DNA from: an uncultured delta proteobacterium
GTDB lineage: Bacteria > Desulfobacterota > Syntrophia > Syntrophales > UBA2185
Length of the DNA: 64,000 nt
NCBI GenBank assembly: GCA_963695875.1
Contig: CAVOID010000004.1
Span: 1 to 64,000, forward strand
Direction of reading: 5' to 3'
The translations under genes and the position numbers were made by a program. The notes under the pieces are model-generated. The model saw only the letters and a list, made by a program, of their open reading frames with translations, was not told the DNA's origin and searched no databases. Positions 15,291-26,970 of this stretch are shown here, piece after piece (positions within the stretch are counted from its first letter, which is position 1; each line of letters starts with the position of its first letter).

Positions 15291-18200
15291 CGATCCAAGG
15301 AGGAACGCCAGGACAATAATGAGAGCAGCCGCGGGAGCCTTCCTGATACGCGATCTCACGACGACGAAGAGCACCGGTACGACGAGGAGCGTGAAGAACA
15401 TGGAGAAAATGAGTCCCACGGCAATGACGGAGGCCAGGGGGCTCCAAAGCGCCGAACGCGAAAGAATCATTGGAGTCATCCCTACCGCTGCCGCCATGGT
15501 GGTAAGAAATATCGGCCTCAGACGACGTTGTCCGGCTTCAGTCGCTGCTTCCTCGAGAGCATGCCCCTCGGCGATCTTCTCGTTAATATAGTCGATGAGG
15601 ATGATGGCATTTCGCACCACGATACCGCACACGCTGATAAGGCCTATAAAGGCCATGAAACCGAAGGGGTTATGGGTGACCAGCAATCCGAACGCTGCAC
15701 CAAGGAGCGATAACGGTATAGAGGACATAACGACGAGGGGCTCCGATACATTCCGGAATTGGACGAGAAGCACGAGAAAGATAGCTACAAGGCTGATACC
15801 CAGGGCGCCGAGCATCTGAGGCATATTGTCTTCCTGATTGAATTTTTCTCCTCCGTATTCGATGCGGTACCCGGGAGGCAGCTTGAGGGCCGCGATCTTC
15901 GGGGCAACGGCCTCAAGCAGGGCGGAACCGTAGAACCCCTTCTTGACGAAACTGCGCACCGTCAGGGTCCTGACGCCGTTCCGGCGCACGATGCGGCTGG
16001 TCTGCCATTCAGGTTTGACAGAGCCAATAGATCGTAACGGCACGCTCGCATGGGTAAGCTGGGATGTCATGTAGGCATCACGCACATCGTCAAAGGAAGA
16101 GCGCTCGTCCTTCTCGAGACGAAGGAGCATGGTCACCGGTCGGTCTCCTTCCCAGAAGACGCCGACCGGCTGGCCGTCAAAGCCGCCTGATAGTATCTGG
16201 GAGACCGCAGCATTGGTCAGACCGAGACGATTGGCCAGTTCATTGTTTACGTCTACGTCGACCATGTAGGAGTCGTTTAAATAGTCACGATGCACATACA
16301 TGGAAAAAGGCACGGCCCGAACCAAATTTTCCACTTCCGTCCCGATCTGTTTCAGCGTGGCTATGTCGTCACCCGAAATCCGAATCTCTATGGGGGCCTC
16401 CTGTGACGATCCCTGCTGCAGTTCCTTGACGATCATCATGGCTTCGGGAGCGACAGCCGCCAATTTCACCTGCAGGTCGGCCACAAAGGCAGGCGTCTCT
16501 TTTACCGACCGGGTGTTGACGATGAACTGGCCGTAGGCGCCATCGGGCTGTTGGGGGTTGACGTTGTAGTAGAACCTCGGGGCGCTCTGCCCGACAAAAC
16601 TGGCGTAATGGGCCACTTCGGGGCGACCGGCCAGGTACTTTTCGATCCGGCCCATGGCGGCATCCGTTGTCTCGATACGCGTACCCTGGCGCATCCAGAC
16701 ATCAATAACAAACTGGTTGCGTTCGGCAGAAGGGAAGAATTGCCCCGGTACCAGCTTGAAAATAAATCGCGCCGAGACAGATCGCTCCGACTCCGACCGC
16801 CAGAGCCAGTCCTTTTCTTTTCATGAAGAAGACGATCGCCTTCCCGTAGATGTTCTGAAGCCCGTCAAGAAGATTAAATGATTTCTTCTTGGCAGGGGCC
16901 TCGTGGTCGTGAAGTCCTTTCTTTATGAAAACTTTGCAAAGGAACGGCGTGAGCAGGAGGGCTACAACAAAGGAAACAACAAGGGCAACGGTGACGGTGA
17001 GCGGGAGCGCAACGATGAACTCACCGGTCGAGCCCGTGAGGATGAGCAGAGGCAAAAATGAACAGACGATGGTCACCGTGGCGGCAAAAACCGGGATAAC
17101 AACGTCCGAGGCAGAGCGCCACGTCGCCTCCTCCCTCGGCACCTTATGATCAAGGAGCTCGACATAGTTGTCCACGATGATTATGGCATTATCTACAACG
17201 ATACCGAGGACTACTATGAGTGCTGCAATCGATACCTGGTGCAAAGGAATGCCGAAGGCGTTCATGATCCCCACAGTTGCCAAGATCGTAATCGGGATGG
17301 CCAGGGCCGCGATAACGGCAACGCTGATAGGCAGAAGGACCATGGTCACCAGAATGACAGCGGCTATGGCCAGCATAAATTCATGGCCGAGATTCTTGAT
17401 GCGCTCCCTGACCATGGTCGGCTGATCCGCGATAAGATCGACATGTATGTCGGGAGGCAGCAGGGATCGAAGCTGAGTCATGATTTCGTCCAGGCGATCA
17501 CCCAATTCGGTGACATTCTTGCCCTTTTGCATCTCGACCGACAGCAACACGCTCGGCTTTCCATCGTAGCGGACCAGGAAGACCGGGTCCTGGTAGCGCC
17601 GCTCAACCTTGGCGAAGTCCTTGATATAGACCGGCTCGCCCGTTCTGGAAACGTCGACCATAACATTTCTGATCTGGTCTTCGGTGGTAAAGGGCCCCGT
17701 TGTTCTCATGGGGATCTTTGAACGGCCGGTCTCGGCCTTTCCCGTCTCCGCAATAACGTTCCTCTGCTGCAGCGCCTGAATAATGCGGCCTGGATCCGCA
17801 AAATACTGGGAAAGGCGCGCCAGGCTCCCGGTGATCCATATCTGCTCGCTCTGATCGCCGTAACGCATCATCTTTCCCACATCACGCACGGTCCGGAACC
17901 GGTCCTGTATCGTGTCAACATAATCGCGCAGTTCCCTGTACCCGTAACGCTCCCCGTGGACTGCCAGGAGCAGGGCGACGGTGTCGCCGAAATCAGAGTT
18001 CACCATCGGCCCGCGGACACCGGAGGGTAGTTCCGTCAGCGCGGTTTCAATCATTTCATTGCGGAGCTTTGCCCAGAAGAGGTCCGCATTCTTGACATAG
18101 TCCTCCAGTTCCACATTGATAATGACCAGACCCGGGCGACTGGTGGAATAGGTCAGCTCCTTTCTGACCTCCGGAAACTTGAAAATATGTTTTTCAAGCG

Positions 18201-18396
18201 TTTTGGTGACCTGCTTCTCCACCTGCTCTGAGGTGGCCCCGGGATACTGAGCAATAACCAGGCCTGTCCGGATGGTGATGGTAGGATCTTCAGTCCTCGG
18301 CATTTTCATGAGGGCGTGAATCCCGAGAGCAACCACCATCGCGGTGAGAACGAGGGTTACGGAGGGGTAGCGGAGTGAGCTCTTGATGGGATTCAC
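15264..18396 (-). CDS. RND efflux permease (AcrB/CusA-like); frameshifted near 16.7k
   Basis: PRTEDP, YPGATSEQVE, GIVVDNAIIIVDN, RRNGVRT, GIVVRNAIILID, RLRPIFLTT. Confidence 0.92.
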
Positions 18397-18400
18397 GGTA

Positions 18401-19631
18401 CTACCTCCTTTGCTTTTCAGACGCGTTTTCCGAGGGCGGGGTTGCTATGGTAACCGGCACGCCGTCACGGAGATGATCCTGACCCGCAATAACGATCGAC
18501 TCGTTGCCTGAAAGACCTTCTTGAATCTCCACTTCGGTGCCGCAGAGTGGGCCGGCCTTCACCCGTTTGCTGTAGACACGCCCCTGTTTGGGGAAGTAAA
18601 CGAAAACTATCGTTGCCCCCTGAGCGTCACGGACTATGGCTTCACCGGGCACGGTCATCACTGGTATCTTCCGGTCGCCGGCGATCTTCGCCTCCGCCAC
18701 CATCCCGATTTTCAGTACCTGCTTGGGATTGGGTAGGCTGATGCGCGCCATATAGGTCCTGGTGCTCGGGTCGGCGGCAACATTGATAATGCGAATGGTG
18801 CCTTCAAAAGATTGACCCGGCAGGGCAGGTAAGGTGACCACGGCCTTTTGGCCGACCCGCACACGATGGAGGTCGGTTTCCGGAACCCCGACGTTGACCT
18901 CTACGGGATTGAGCCGAACGATGCGGAAAACCGGTCTCCCGGGGGAAGCCGTTTCGCCGGGCTCTATGCCGCGCATGTCGATATAACCATCGATCGGGGC
19001 CAACGAGCGTGGCATCGGAAAGTGCTTTTGCGCCAACTGATGTGCGTTCGCTTGATCGTACGCTGCCCTGGGAGCTGTTTGTCTTCTCTCTGCCCGCCTG
19101 CTTTCGCCTGCTCGTACCCCTGTTTCGCAGTTTCGTATGCGGCTTTGAATTTTTCGAAATCATTCGGCGCCAGGCTATTTCGATTCATACATCATTTTCA
19201 TGCGGCGGTATTCATTCTTCGGCTCGCTCATACGCAATGCGGGCCTGCTCCAGCTGTCGGCCGACTTATGGCCTGTTCGATGCTGAGTGCTTTATCCTTT
19301 GGCTTCTGCCACCCTTACCGAGGCGGAAGTCCAGCAGGATCGATCTGCCGCAAGACCTGCCCTTTCTCGACGTAATCGCCTTCTCGGGGCCCCACAAAGA
19401 TGACTTTACCGGAAACCAGGAAGGTCAGCGTGGAAGGCGCATCGGGCGAGACGACCGAGCCGCTTACGAAGATCGTCTGGTTACACTCAGCACGATGCAC
19501 ATTGCCGATTGCAACTGAAACCGAGTCCATCTTTGATTCCGGCTTTTTGCCGGACGAACAGGAAGCGACCAGGACGCAAATGAGAAGAGTGAGAATGAAG
19601 ATTGCCAAAATGCCGAGTAGCTCGATTTCAT
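18401..19631 (-). CDS. RND periplasmic adaptor (membrane fusion protein); frameshifted
   Basis: Lipoprotein-like N-terminus (VASCSSG), GPREGDYVEKGQVL, APIDG, ADPSTRTY, GLSGNESIVIAG. Confidence 0.85.
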
Positions 19632-19995
19632 CCTCCCGAGAAACTCCTCTTTTTGCCCTGCAGAGGATAGACATTCGCCACATCTGCGCTCGTGGGAGTC
19701 AGCCAGGGCTTGTACCTGTGATCCCAAGTTTTGGGATATTTGGGTGGTTAATCCTTCGATGCAGCTCTCATGCAACATCCGTCAGAGCTATGCTCTCAGC
19801 CGTTTAGACATTCATACCGCTCGTCCCGGAATGACAAACGGCCGCCTTGCTTTACCTTGCCGCTCATTTTAAGGGTTGAGGTTGATTCCCTTTCTCAACC
19901 GGATAACCAAGCTCGAGTCACCTGCTCCGCTTCTGACCGCACGGGAATGAACGACCAGGCCCGAGAGCAGTAGTGAAATCAAAAACGCATTGCGG

Positions 19996-20391
19996 TTAGA
20001 TCATTCCCCGACCATTACAGCGTATTCTTCCGGCCTTCGACCAAAACCGATGCGCTCGATTGCCGGGACAGGAGTCCCGATCACCGGGCGGGAATTCGAG
20101 GGCCGCTGTCTCAACCCATACGGAATGATTCACCAGTCCCAGATCTCTTAAAGCAGAATAAAACCTTAGCCCGAGAGGACTCTTGTCCTGGCCCCCCGGT
20201 TCAGATTCCCAATAGATATGGATGCTCAAATCGTTCTCCACTATGGAATGACGATATACCCTTATTTCTACCAGATGCTCTGGCGTATCCGTCGCCGAAT
20301 CAGACTCGCTGATCCCCTTGAGAAGTTCGTCCACGAACGGTGCATCGATGTTTGTAGGACAACGTAATGAGATAATCTCAACCCATTTCAT
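19996..20391 (-). CDS. Hypothetical protein (MKWVEIISLR...LGLVNHSVW), first gene downstream of the sigma54 promoter
   Basis: ORF with ATG at 20391 behind an AGAGG RBS-like sequence. Confidence 0.6.
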   Translation of the reverse strand: MKWVEIISLRCPTNIDAPFVDELLKGISESDSATDTPEHLVEIRVYRHSIVENDLSIHIYWESEPGGQDKSPLGLRFYSALRDLGLVNHSVWVETAALEFPPGDRDSCPGNRAHRFWSKAGRIRCNGRGMI

Positions 20392-20439
20392 GGCAGGCCC
20401 TCTTTGGATGGGATCGATCCTGTGTTTGTTTTCTTTATA

Positions 20440-20455
20440 AGCCAGTTTCGTGCCA
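20440..20455 (-). promoter_or_regulatory. Sigma54 (-24/-12) promoter
   Basis: Minus strand TGGCACGAAACTGGCT = GG-N10-GC, close to the TGGCACG-N4-TTGC consensus; divergent from a sigma54 activator operon. Confidence 0.75.
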
Positions 20456-20509
20456 AGATATAAATGCATATTAAAAATCAAACAGCTTACATGAAATTCT
20501 ATTTTATGG

Positions 20510-20566
20510 TTTACCGGATACGGTAAAGTGTGCTACCATATTCAGTAATTGTTCCACATATTGTAA
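20510..20566. promoter_or_regulatory. Candidate enhancer (UAS) for the bEBP
   Basis: Perfect palindrome TTTACCG-GATA-CGGTAAA (20510-20527) plus degenerate copies CTACC..AGTAA (20533-20548) and TTCC..TGTAA, 55-110 bp upstream of the -24 box. Confidence 0.6.
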
Positions 20567-20628
20567 GGTGATTTGACTTACGGAAAGGACTTCATACCCA
20601 GAAAGGCAAACGAAACGAGGAGAAAACG

Positions 20629-22960
20629 ATGAAGGTGGATGAAAACGTTTTTTTTCGAGAGGCGCTGCGTGAAAGCGAAGAACGCCACCGGGTCACGCTC
20701 CAGATGGCCATGGACGGCTTCTTGCGCGCCGACATGCAAGGACGAATCCTTGAGGTCAACAACACTTACTGCCAGATGAGCGGCTATAACGAGCAGGAAC
20801 TCCTGACCATGAACGTTGTGGATATAGAGGCTGTGCATACCGCCGAGATGATCGCCGCGAATATCAGAAGCTTCGCAGAACTGGGCCCCAAGCGTTTTGA
20901 ATCCCACCACCGCCGGAAAGACGGCAGCTTGTTTGACGTCGAAATCAGCGGTCAGTACCAGTCGGTTGCCGGCGGTGAAATCGTCATTTTTGTACGGGAC
21001 ATCACGGAGCGAAAAAGGACCGAAGAAGCCCTGCGGCAGAGTGAAGCTTATCTGGCGGAAGCGCAAAGGCTGAGCCACACAGGTAGCTGGGCTTTCGATT
21101 TGGCCAGCAACAAGTATGTCTACGCTTCGGAGGAATGCTTCCGAATTTTTGGATTAGATGCGCAAGAGGGTTTACCGACCAGGGAAGCAGTTTCCCGACT
21201 AATCCACCCGGAGGATTGGGACAGGGTGAATGCGGACTTTGAGAAGTTGCTCCGCGAAAAAGTAGATACCTCGAGCGAGTTCAGGATCGTGCTGCCCAGC
21301 GGAACGGTCAAACATGTTCAGACGATCCGGCACCCTGTCCTGAATGAGGCTGGAGATGTCGTTGAATGGTGGGCACCACGATCGATATCACGGAACGCAA
21401 GCGCGCCGAAGAGGCCCTGCGGCTGGCAGGCGTTTATGACAGGAGCTTGATCGAAGCGAGTCTTGACCCGCTCGTCACGATTGATAAGCAGGGTAAGATA
21501 AGCGACGTCAATGCCGCAACGGAGCAGGTTACCGGGTACCCACGTTCGGAATTGATCGGCACTGACTTTTCCGATTACTTCACCGAACCTGAAAAGGCAC
21601 GCGCAGGCTATCAGAAGGTGTTCAATCAAGGATTCGTGCGCGATTATGAACTCGAGATCTGCAGCCGGAATGGAGAGATCACGCCCGACTATATGCTCTG
21701 ACAATGCGGCTCTGTTGTACAGGGATGAGGCCGGAAGACGCGTATCGAGCGTTTTCGCCGCAGCGCGTGATATCAGGGAACGAAAAAGGGCCGAAGCCGA
21801 GATCAACAGTCTCAAGAACTACCTCTCCAACATCATCGACTCTATGCCCTCCATATTGGTAGGGATGGACAATACCCGCACCGTCACCCAGTGGAACCGT
21901 CAGGCGGAGGCATTTACCGGCATACCTGCAGGAGAGGCTATAGGCAAACCCATCAGTCCATCTTCTCCCCGACTTCGCCCCCTGGATCATGACGATGGGA
22001 ACCGATATGGACGAGCATCGCCCCTCATCCATGGAGAAGCTCCTCATCGAGAAGGAGGGTGAGCGCCGTTTCTATGACCTCATGCTCTACCCGCTTCTCA
22101 TAGACGCTGTCGGAGGAGCGGTGTTGCGTGTCGAGGATGTCACTGAAAGGGCCCGCATCCAGGAGTTGATGGTCCAGACCGAGAAAATGATGTCCATAGG
22201 CGGCCTTGCCGCAGGGATGGCCCATGAGATCAATAACCCTCTCGGGATCATCACCCAGGCAGCACAGAACATCGAGCGGAGGATCTCGCTTGAGTTGCAC
22301 GCAAACCGGAAGGTATCTGAAGAACTCGGCCTGAATCTCGAAGGGATTCGCGCCTATTTCGAGAAGCGACAAATACCTGATGCCATCGCAAGCATTCGCA
22401 CGGCATCGTCCCGGGCGGCGAAGATCGTTGCCAACATGCTCCAGTTCAGCCGCCGCGCCGATACAACCATGGAGTTCACCTCGCTTGCTCAAATCGTAGA
22501 TCAGGCATTGGAGCTTGCGGCAAGCGACTACGACCTCAAGAAGAAGTACGACTTCAGGAGCATCGAAATCATCAAAGACTATCAGGACACGCCCCAAGTC
22601 CCTATCGTCTCTTTGGAGATAGAGCAGGTCATATTGAACCTCCTCAAGAACGCCGCCCAGGCGATGATCGCAAACCCCCCGGACAGGAGGCCCAGCATCA
22701 CCTTCAGGCTACGATGCGAGGACAGGTATGCCGTGCTCGAGGTGGAGGACAACGGACCCGGCATGACGGAGGATATCCGCCGAAGGGTATTCGAACCCTT
22801 CTTCACTACCAAGGAGCCCGGGGTGGGTACAGGCCTCGGCCTCTCCGTCTCCTACATGATCGTCACCCAGAACCACAAGGGGCTCATGGAGGTGCAATCG
22901 ACACCGGGCAGGGGGACAGTTTTCAAGGTGAGGCTGCCGATAGGGGAGAGCAAAACATGA
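20629..22960 (+). CDS. Multi-PAS sensor histidine kinase; two frameshifts
   Basis: Repeated PAS/PAC units (DITERKR), H-box AHEINNPL, N-box [25 protein letters not shown]. Confidence 0.9.
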
Positions 22961-24501
22961 GCCAGTCGGCAAAAGTATTGATTGTGGACGATGAAGAATT
23001 GATCCGCCTGAACCTGCGGATGCTGTTGGAGGATCTCGGCTATTGTGTCGTCGAGGCCGCCGACGGAAGGGAAGGGCTCGATGCCTTTGACCGGGAAGGG
23101 CCCGACCTAATCCTGGCCGATCTGAGGATGCCTGTGATGGATGGGCTTTCGATGATTGCCGAACTTCGAGAGAAGAGCACGGAGACACCCGTTATCGTGG
23201 TCTCCGGCACCGGTACCGTGCAGAACGCCGTCGATTCGCTTCGCCTCGGCGCATGGGACTACGTCATAAAGCCGGTCGAGGATGCAAAAGGGTTTGAGGT
23301 CGTCATCGAACGGACACTTGAGAAAGCCCGGCTTATGAAGGAGAATCGGCTCTACCGTGAGCATTTGGAGGAACTGGTGCGCGAGCGGACGGAGGAACTC
23401 CGTAAGGCCCATGATGAACTGAAACTCCGGCATCAGGAAGTCAGCCGATTGAAAGACATGCTGGCTGACGACAACCGTTATCTCTATAACGAATTGCGGT
23501 CCGCCTCGGGCGACGAGATCATCGGTTCGGATTTTGGTCTAAAACCGGTGATGGAAATGGTCAGGCAGGTGGCCCCCCTTGACAGCCCCGTGCTGTTGCT
23601 GGGGGAGACGGGTACAGGAAAAGAGGTCATCGCCAATGCGATTCACTATTCTTCACCCCGCAAGGATGGGCCTTTTATCAAGGTCAACTGCGGCGCCATC
23701 CCCGAGACTCTTCTCGACAGCGAGCTCTTCGGTCACGAGAAGGGCGCATTCACCGGAGCCATCACTCAAAAGAGGGGACGGTTCGAGCGGGCAGACAAAG
23801 GGTACTATCTTCTTAGACGAGATCGGAGAACTGCCCTTGCAGGCTCAGGTGAAGTTGCTGTATGTCCTTCAAAAGAAAGAGATCGAGCGCGTGGGAGGGA
23901 CAAGTTCCATACCGGTGGACATCCGCATTATTTCGGCTACGCACAGAAATCTTGAGGAGATGATTGCCTCCGGGCGATTTCGCGAAGATCTCTGGTTCCG
24001 CGCTCAATGTCTTTCCCATCATCAATCCCGCCGCTCAGGCAGAGAAAAGAAGATATTCCGGCCCTGGTGCATCACTTCATCGAACGCAAGACCAAGGAGC
24101 TGAAGCTCAAGGAGAGACCTGTGCTTGGCCATGGTGCTATCGACAGGCTTATCGCTTATGACTGGCCGGGCAACGTTCGGGAACTGGAAAACATGATTGA
24201 ACGGGCTCTGATTCAACACCGGGGAGGTGCGCTTTCTTTTGAGACGCTTTTACCTGTATCGCATTCCGGAGACCGCACGCCGATTCAGGACTCAGGCCGG
24301 AATCGAGATCTGCCTCCACTGGACGAGATGACCGTTCAGCACATAAGGCAAGCCTTGGAGATGGCTGGCGGGAAGATCAACGGGCCGGGAGGAGCTGCCC
24401 AAATCCTGGGGCTTCATCCCAATACTCTCCGGAACCGGATGAACAGGCTGGGAATTCCGTACGGCAGGAGAAGCTGGCAACCCTCAGGGAATCAGAAGTA
24501 A
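22957..24501 (+). CDS. Sigma54-dependent response regulator (REC-AAA+-HTH, NtrC family); frameshifted
   Basis: VLIVDDE/DLRMP receiver, [30 protein letters not shown]-terminal HTH. Confidence 0.92.
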
Positions 24502-24700
24502 TGTCGAATCGAAGGTGAGGTGGGGCCGGTCAGGCTGCTCATTATGAATCCTCCACATTGAGAGCAAAGATACGTAAGCTCAACATCCCATTCTAGCGAA
24601 AAATTTAGACAAGGGATTTTAGGGCTCCCGAAGGGGCATGCCACGAGTTCACCTGGTACTAAAAATGGATAAGAGGTACTTAAGCAGGTCATGACGGACC

Positions 24701-24871
24701 ATTGAAAAGAAGGACACGAAAATCCTGATTGACAAAATCTACCAAGAGTATGCCCGTCGGAAGGTTCTTAGCGAGGCCCAAAAAAAAGGCTTTTCCCTGG
24801 TACTTCAGCAACGGACTGAGACATTGGATATTCGTTTGGTATTAAAAAAGCTGGCCGTTGGAGCCCTATAG
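24701..24871 (+). pseudogene. C-terminal fragment of a DUF1257 (Ycf35-like) protein
   Basis: Manual translation IEKKDTKILIDKIYQEYARRKVLSEAQKKGFSLV..IRLVLKK; 5' part absent; sits directly before a DUF2997-like gene. Confidence 0.55.
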
Positions 24872-24882
24872 GAGGACTATTT

Positions 24883-25059
24883 ATGTCGGAAGAAGTCGAG
24901 ATCACCATTCAGACCACTGGAAAGGTCGCTTTCAAGGTCAAAGGGGTCAAGGGAAAGGGATGCCTGAACCTTACGCAGGAGCTTGAAACACTCTTAGGAA
25001 AGGTCCTGGAAAGCAAGCTATCTTCGGAATATTTTGAGATACCTATCCGGGGGAGATAA
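24883..25059 (+). CDS. DUF2997 family small protein (58 aa)
   Basis: GGAGG RBS; MSEEVEITIQTTGKVAFKVKGVKGKGCLNLTQELETLLG...SSEYF matches the family pattern. Confidence 0.7.
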   Translation: MSEEVEITIQTTGKVAFKVKGVKGKGCLNLTQELETLLGKVLESKLSSEYFEIPIRGR

Positions 25060-25519
25060 AAACAATTATTTCAAGAGAGTTTTCGGATTAAAATGAGGTA
25101 AGATTGCTGACTCAGGGTCGACATCGACTATTCTCCGAGAGGTTTTTGTTTTCGGTGGATAAAACTTACCTAATTGCAGGGTCCTCTCGACACGGACTTG
25201 GCCCCTATCCCAAATTCTTCAATAAGCCCTTGCAATGCCGCTTGGCTTAATCTATCGTCTGAGATAATCATTTCGACTTATTCCTTATCATGGTTCAAGG
25301 TCCAGTCCCCGGGATCGGGCGGATCGGCCTTAGAACGCATTAGAACGGGCCTGCCTTATTACTCGATGGATTTTCTATTTTACTTAAAAACCATTTTTGT
25401 GGTAATATCCCTGCCATGGAAAAAAACGAAAAAAATCCAAATCCGTTAGCAATACGTTGAAGAATCCAAAAACAAATTTTTCCAATTTATTACTTAACTA
25501 CTTAAAATAAAAACAAAAA

Positions 25520-25596
25520 GCCCCCGTAGCTCAGCAGGATAGAGCGACAGATTCCTAATCTGTAGGCCGTGAGTTCAAGTCTCGCCGGGGGCACCA
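25520..25596 (+). tRNA. tRNA-Arg (anticodon CCT)
   Basis: GCCCCCG acceptor stem, TAGCTCAG..GGATAGAGC D-arm, ACAGA-TTCCTAA-TCTGT anticodon arm, GTTCAAGTC T-loop, encoded CCA. Confidence 0.96.
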
Positions 25597-25999
25597 TAAA
25601 ATCAATAAGTTACAAATACTTTCCTGAAAATAAAATAAACACCGGTACAAATAGGTACAAAAAATTGATAAATCTCCCTTCTTCCCTCTCCGTCAAGGGC
25701 CATATATCCGCTCTGGGCTTCCACCGGTAACCGCAAGAGCAAAACATCCAGATCCCTCCGGGATCCTTTTCCGGCCTGACCCTCCAGTCACTACATTAGG
25801 CACAAAACACCTGGCTCATTTTTGTACCCATTTGTATCCGGGCTTATTTGGGCACCACTACGGCCTGTTTTTTAATCGCTCATTCCATTCCCGGGCGTAG
25901 GCCTTTACATGGTCATTCCGGGACCGATAATTACCGAGATTCCCGAAGAACAGAATGACTGGACATCCACTTCCTTCCTGTAATCGTTCAGTTGACATT

Positions 26000-26203
26000 T
26001 TAGAAAATATGCTTGACGTAGACTATAACATTGCCTGCAGGACCGGCCTGCATTGCGCGCCTCTCGTCCATGAACAGCTTGGGACTGATAAAATCCATGG
26101 GGCGGTCCGGTTTGGAATCGGTCCCTTCAACACAGAAGAACACATCGATGCCGCCATCAATGCCGTTGAAGAGATCGCCAGGCTGAAGCATCGTAGGGAG
26201 TAA
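26000..26203 (+). pseudogene. C-terminal fragment of a class V aminotransferase / cysteine desulfurase-like enzyme
   Basis: IACRTGLHCAPLVH...GAVRFGIGPFNTEEHID; the N-terminal part is missing at a sequence junction. Confidence 0.75.
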
Positions 26204-26261
26204 ACCGCGAAGTCTCGACGTGGATTCCGACCTAACCAACATCGTCGTCCACGTTTCTTAA

Positions 26262-26586
26262 TCAAACACAGCCATCCGGCTTGGGGAGCCCCGCCAGCTT
26301 GCAGGCCCCCTTGGCCGGTCCGGATGGAAACAGTCCTTCGTAGATGTGCTTGAGGGTAAACCCTGTCGTCTGACAGATCTTGCGGACCATCGGGGCCATG
26401 CTCTTCTCTAGAAAGTAGTCGCGGATATAGTTGATGACCGCCCAGTGCTCTTCGGTCAAGCCTTCAATTCCTTCCTCGGCCCTGGCCAGGATTTCGGCAA
26501 CCTCTTTGTCCCATTCTTCGGGACGGATCAAGAAGCCTTCTTCGCTGACTTCCAATTTTCGATTATTCTTTTCAATCGTGGGCATG
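26262..26586 (-). CDS. TusE/DsrC family sulfur-carrier protein with both C-terminal cysteines
   Basis: EEGFL..PEEWD, LTEEHWAVINYIR, LFPSGPAKGACKLAGLPKPDGCV (CX10C). Confidence 0.88.
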
Positions 26587-26970
26587 GACTTCTCCTCTGA
26601 TGATTCCATCTTAAAAGTTTTTTATTATAGCACAAAAGCCCGAGCCATCAAGACATTCATAAATAAGAATTCCTCCCACCTCAAGGAGTTGAAATGCAAA
26701 TCATCGGGAGTTTTCGGGTTTCCGCTACAGGACAAGACCTCGGCAGCCGCCGTCTTTGGGTAAAGAGGTTCGTTATGACTGGGAAATTGAATCAATTGGC
26801 AGATGAACCCCGAAACATGCCGCACCGATTACAGCGCCTGGGTTACCAGGATCATCTCTGCGAGGAACTGCTGAGTGGTCTTGGGGAGTCGATTCAAAGG
26901 TGCCTCTCAAAAATTAATGAGTTGCAGCATCGATACACCGGACTCGTAATCAGCGGTTTGTTTGCTCCGA

